Part shown: positions 60,512 through 64,000 of the stretch, in pieces | Numbering within the stretch: the stretch's first letter is position 1 | Layout: each line of letters starts with the position of its first letter | IMG/VR virus record: IMGVR_UViG_3300024284_000001 | Coordinates: 2,266-66,265 of that record | Length of the DNA stretch: 64,000 nucleotides | Origin: a virus | Lineage: Duplodnaviria; Caudoviricetes | Reading direction: 5' to 3' (one strand) | The notes under the pieces: generated by a model | The model's database searches: none | The model's input: the letters and a program-made list of their open reading frames with translations, nothing else | What the model was told of the DNA's origin: nothing | Program-made: the position numbers and the translations under genes

Positions 60512-63154
60512 CTAGGCCATCCCCCTGAATGTTGAGTGCGGGGCCGGCTGGGTGTACGGCACGCAGCGCTTCAGCTTGAAGTAGGCGGTGGTCGAGCCCG
60601 TGACTCCGAACCGGAAGCCAAGCCTCGTCGCGATGGCGTTGAGCTGCCACTCGAGATCGTGGAGCGCGGGGTCGGCGAGCGTCTGGTTCCGGAGCGCGAC
60701 GTTTGAATCGTTCGGGTAGGTAATGCTCGAGGCGAGCGTTCCAGAGCCCCTGGCGTTGGCCGAAAGGAAGCCGTAGGCCGAGCGTCCAGACTGCCGCCCG
60801 AGAGGCGCCGTCTCGTAGAAGGAAGTGATGGCCGTATTCCCGCCGCCCGACGCCTGATCGGAGGTCGTCGTCCCGTCGTAGTTCTGGACGCGGCCGGTCC
60901 CGTCGTTCAGGCCGACGAGGACTTGGGGCACCCCGATGTCGTAGTACGGCGTGGACGTCGGGTCCCGGACGGTCCCAACCGACGTCGAAACGTTCCAGAT
61001 GGTCCAGGCCCGGCCGTTACCGCCGGAGTCCAGCGGATTGCCGAATCCGTTCGTGTAGTCCATCACCAGGAGCTTGTCGAGGGCGGTGATGACAACTGAG
61101 TAGTTCCCGTTCGCCGGGCTGAAGACGCGATCCAGGGTCAGGGTCGTGGTCGTGGCATCGACGATCGTGTAGGTCACTAGGGGCTCGGCCGGAAGCGTGA
61201 GGATCGCGCCCTGCCAGTTGACGCTGAAGCCGGTTCCGGTGACGGCAGTCGAGCCATTCGTGAACGCAGCGGTCGTCGTGGTGGAGTGTGGCACTCCGAC
61301 GAGAACTCGCCGGTTCGTGATGTCCACCGTCGCCCAGGCGTATTCGCCAGCCACAGCCCACGCAACAGCATCCCACGTCGGCTGGATCTCCTGACTGATC
61401 TTCTCGGGCTGACCGCCGGAGAATAGGTAAAGCCCGGTCTGGGAGACGATCACCAGCCAGTCCTCGCCTCGGGCAACGCCATAACGAGAGGGCGTTCCGA
61501 TGTTGCCGGAGACGAGTTCAAGATTCCAGTCGGCGGGTTCGTTGTAGCCCGTGTCGCGCGTCACCCAGAACGAGCGTTCTTTGAAAATATAGAGGTTGTC
61601 GCGGAACTCGAAGCAGCAGCGGATGGCCTGCCCGTCTTCGCTGCCAAGGGAGACGACGCCCTGGAGGGGGTCAATCGATTCGGGGAGCCCAGCCCGCGAG
61701 ATCAGGACATCGGTTGGGTTCGTGACGTCACCAAGTCTCTGGGCGTAGAGGGCGTCAATCTGAACGTATTCACCGCCGGTCGTCGCGTTATTGAGATCCA
61801 GCGTTAGGCTTGTCGGCGTCGTCGTGTTCGTCCAGGTGAACCCGATTAGGCACCAGCGCGTCGAGAAGCCGGCCGCAGCCACGGAGAAGGTCTTCGTGCT
61901 ACCGAAAGCCGTGATCCGAAGCGTTCCCGCCGCCATGCCGGCGGATCGCCGCACGCGGGCCAGAATCGTCACGTTGTTGCCGAAGATCGTCGGGTCGATC
62001 AACCCTAGGCTGACGATTGCACCCCGTGCCCCAACGGCGGTGGGGGCGATCTGGTAGACCTGGCCTGCTGCGCCCGCTGCCGTGACGACCGACCCATCGG
62101 CGGCAGGCGCACCCCAACCGCCCGGAGTCGTCCCGACCAATCCGCCGTCGAAGCTCAGGTTCCGCACCGTGAAGCCGGGATTGATGTAGAGCGTGGTGTC
62201 GGTCAGGGCGCCCCATCCCACGAGACGGTCTCTGTAACGGCAGAAGCCAGCGACAGGCGGCATCTCGATTTGATTCACGAGTGGCAGGAGCGGAATGCCG
62301 GAGACTAGATGTATGTCGGTGAAGTCGAAGGTCGCGGTAGTCGTTGTGTTGTCGTTGATGAACGTCGAGGTGACGGAATCGTTGAGCGCGAAATAGGGAC
62401 CTGCCAGGGAATCGCCGCCGACCGGAGTGAAGAAAATGATCCGACGAATCGTACCGGGTGGTCCGAGGGGGATGTTATTGCAAACGATCTTCTGATTGAG
62501 GACGACGACGATGTTCGCGACGAAGATCCCGAGCGGTGCATCGGTTCGATAGCCGTGCCGCGTTTCGAATACGACCGTCGCGTAGTGCGACCCGTTGTCA
62601 ACAGTCCCCGCTGCGCCGGCCGCTAGCGTTGGCCCGATGCCCGGCCCCTGCGGCGCGAATTGTTCGAACTGGCCGCCGATTAGATCGTACTTTCGGGGCT
62701 GAGACATCCCGAAGCGACCATCCGAGAGAGCGATGGCTTCGAACTGCCCGAAGGTCGCCGAGTGACCGCAGAGTCGCTTCCGACCATTGGTCACGGTAGA
62801 GGCCAGGGCAACAGTCGCGATGGCGTAGGCGTAGCCGAGTTCAGCATCAACCGACGTACCGTTCGCGTAGAGCTTGGCTCCGAGAGTTCCGCCGTCGTCG
62901 GCCAGGACCAGACTCGTTTCGGTCTTGGCGAAGTCATCCCGGATCGCCGCCTTGATGTAGGACGGATTCCCGAGCGTATTCGTCGTCAGGTAATTCCTGA
63001 AGCCGCCTCGAGATCGAACCATGCCGGGGGAGAACTCGACGTCCTGGCAATTCGGCGACACCCCAGGCGGGAGATCGTTCCGATCCGCCTGGGTCACGAG
63101 GCCGCCGAAAGTATCGACGGCCAGCGCGTCGTCAAATCCGTCCGTGACGGGCAT
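60512..63154 (-). CDS. Tail nozzle / tubular protein B (P22 gp10-like) with inserted domains
   Basis: 880 aa beta-rich; DLPPGVSPNCQDV N-terminus and propeller-type repeats (YIFKERSFW, IGTPSRYGV, KISQEIQPTW). Confidence 0.75.
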   Translation of the reverse strand: MPVTDGFDDALAVDTFGGLVTQADRNDLPPGVSPNCQDVEFSPGMVRSRGGFRNYLTTNTLGNPSYIKAAIRDDFAKTETSLVLADDGGTLGAKLYANGTSVDAELGYAYAIATVALASTVTNGRKRLCGHSATFGQFEAIALSDGRFGMSQPRKYDLIGGQFEQFAPQGPGIGPTLAAGAAGTVDNGSHYATVVFETRHGYRTDAPLGIFVANIVVVLNQKIVCNNIPLGPPGTIRRIIFFTPVGGDSLAGPYFALNDSVTSTFINDNTTTTATFDFTDIHLVSGIPLLPLVNQIEMPPVAGFCRYRDRLVGWGALTDTTLYINPGFTVRNLSFDGGLVGTTPGGWGAPAADGSVVTAAGAAGQVYQIAPTAVGARGAIVSLGLIDPTIFGNNVTILARVRRSAGMAAGTLRITAFGSTKTFSVAAAGFSTRWCLIGFTWTNTTTPTSLTLDLNNATTGGEYVQIDALYAQRLGDVTNPTDVLISRAGLPESIDPLQGVVSLGSEDGQAIRCCFEFRDNLYIFKERSFWVTRDTGYNEPADWNLELVSGNIGTPSRYGVARGEDWLVIVSQTGLYLFSGGQPEKISQEIQPTWDAVAWAVAGEYAWATVDITNRRVLVGVPHSTTTTAAFTNGSTAVTGTGFSVNWQGAILTLPAEPLVTYTIVDATTTTLTLDRVFSPANGNYSVVITALDKLLVMDYTNGFGNPLDSGGNGRAWTIWNVSTSVGTVRDPTSTPYYDIGVPQVLVGLNDGTGRVQNYDGTTTSDQASGGGNTAITSFYETAPLGRQSGRSAYGFLSANARGSGTLASSITYPNDSNVALRNQTLADPALHDLEWQLNAIATRLGFRFGVTGSTTAYFKLKRCVPYTQPAPHSTFRGMA

Positions 63155-63469
63155 CTACAGCTTCTTCATCCAAATCCGGACGCGAACCGTGTCGCCCGTG
63201 ATGCCGCCGGCATAGGCCCCGGCCGCGTGCTCGGTACCCGCTGAATCGTTCAGCCTGATCTTCGCGTCCGTGAACGTGTAGACCCAGGCGTAGCCGGCGA
63301 GAGACGCGACGTCGATCCAGTCGGCCGTGCCCGTGGCCTGGACCTGGGTGTAGTCCGGCGTCTCGCCACCCGTCGCGTAGCTGCCGCTCAGAACCATTGT
63401 CCCGTAGAAGATGAAATGGTTCTGGGTGGAGTCCGTCTTCGTGTTGTCGATGGTGATTGCGTTAGCCAT
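63155..63469 (-). CDS. Small structural (decoration-like) protein
   Basis: GGAGG SD; LSGSYATGGE motif. Confidence 0.6.
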   Translation of the reverse strand: MANAITIDNTKTDSTQNHFIFYGTMVLSGSYATGGETPDYTQVQATGTADWIDVASLAGYAWVYTFTDAKIRLNDSAGTEHAAGAYAGGITGDTVRVRIWMKKL

Positions 63470-63478
63470 GTTGGCCTC

Positions 63479-64000
63479 CTAATAGGGGATGCCGAACCGA
63501 CGCCGGTAAGCGCGGGCCGGACGTTCTTGCTTGACGTGAGTGTCGAGGTTGATGACGGTCGAGAGCTTGCGGTTCCCTTCCGCCTTCAGTGTTTCGGAAA
63601 GGCCGGCGTCGAAGCTGATGGCGTATCCAGCGGCGGTCAGGTAGCCGAGTGGCCCGTTGATGTCGTCGATCGGAACCGCGTCCCCGTAGTCGAGAAGTGC
63701 CGTGACGTCGGCGTAGTAGTCGATCCGGATGGTGACGGCCTGCGTCGAACCCACGAAGTAGAGGGCGGCGTTTCGCCACTCCCACCAGATGAGGTTCGTG
63801 GACTGGGGCTCGTTCTGGGGAAGGGCGTCCCGGACCTTGACCATTTGGACGAAGTCCAGGTACGTGCCGCTCGTGAGCCGCTCCCAGAGGCGAATGGGCT
63901 CGAGGAAGTCCGTAGGGAGCGCGGGACTGGACGAGGAGGTAAGAGCCGTCTGCCCGACCGTGAGGTTGACGTCCGCCCGCATTCGAAGGCGGGAGACGCC
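63479..64000 (-). CDS. Head-tail adaptor / tail tubular protein A (5' truncated by window end)
   Basis: Frame is open to the window edge; LPTDFLEPIRLWER...W.WR...LYF...IDY pattern; precedes the nozzle. Confidence 0.65.
   Translation of the reverse strand, partial: GVSRLRMRADVNLTVGQTALTSSSSPALPTDFLEPIRLWERLTSGTYLDFVQMVKVRDALPQNEPQSTNLIWWEWRNAALYFVGSTQAVTIRIDYYADVTALLDYGDAVPIDDINGPLGYLTAAGYAISFDAGLSETLKAEGNRKLSTVINLDTHVKQERPARAYRRRFGIPY

Noticed and set aside
1-64000. Integrase/att site, DNA polymerase, RtcB, host flanking genes
   Set aside because: No matching motifs were recognised in any ORF. Absence is by eye only, and part of the genome lies outside the window.

Overview
Near-complete, circularly permuted genome of a GC-rich tailed phage with podovirus-like architecture. 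No tape measure, tail tube/sheath, DNA polymerase or integrase was recognised. The virion module runs on the minus strand from TerL (14.4 kb) through lysis genes, portal, scaffold, capsid and decoration proteins to position 1. It appears to resume at 64 kb with adaptor, nozzle, GNAT, ejection proteins and a 2161-aa giant protein ending at 49.1 kb. TerS lies about 16.7 kb from TerL, with a convergent recombination/replication block between them. 32-49 kb is a plus-strand early region of small genes. Main highlights: (1) a phage Ro60 (Rsr/TROVE) gene followed by four Y-like RNAs, each carrying a different tRNA anticodon-loop heptamer (Thr-UGU, Gln-UUG, Asn-GUU, Glu-UUC), two of them circularly permuted tRNA mimics, then a ~480-nt structured non-coding stretch and tRNA-Gln; (2) a GGDEF-like (KGDEF) domain inside the giant virion protein, followed by three SD-equipped genes nested in its +1 frame; (3) a ~470-nt promoter-to-terminator structured RNA candidate beside terL; (4) five promoters sharing an operator-like palindrome, and iterons that also fill the initiator's own promoter spacer. 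All product calls come from motif recognition by eye; no searches or folding programs were run.
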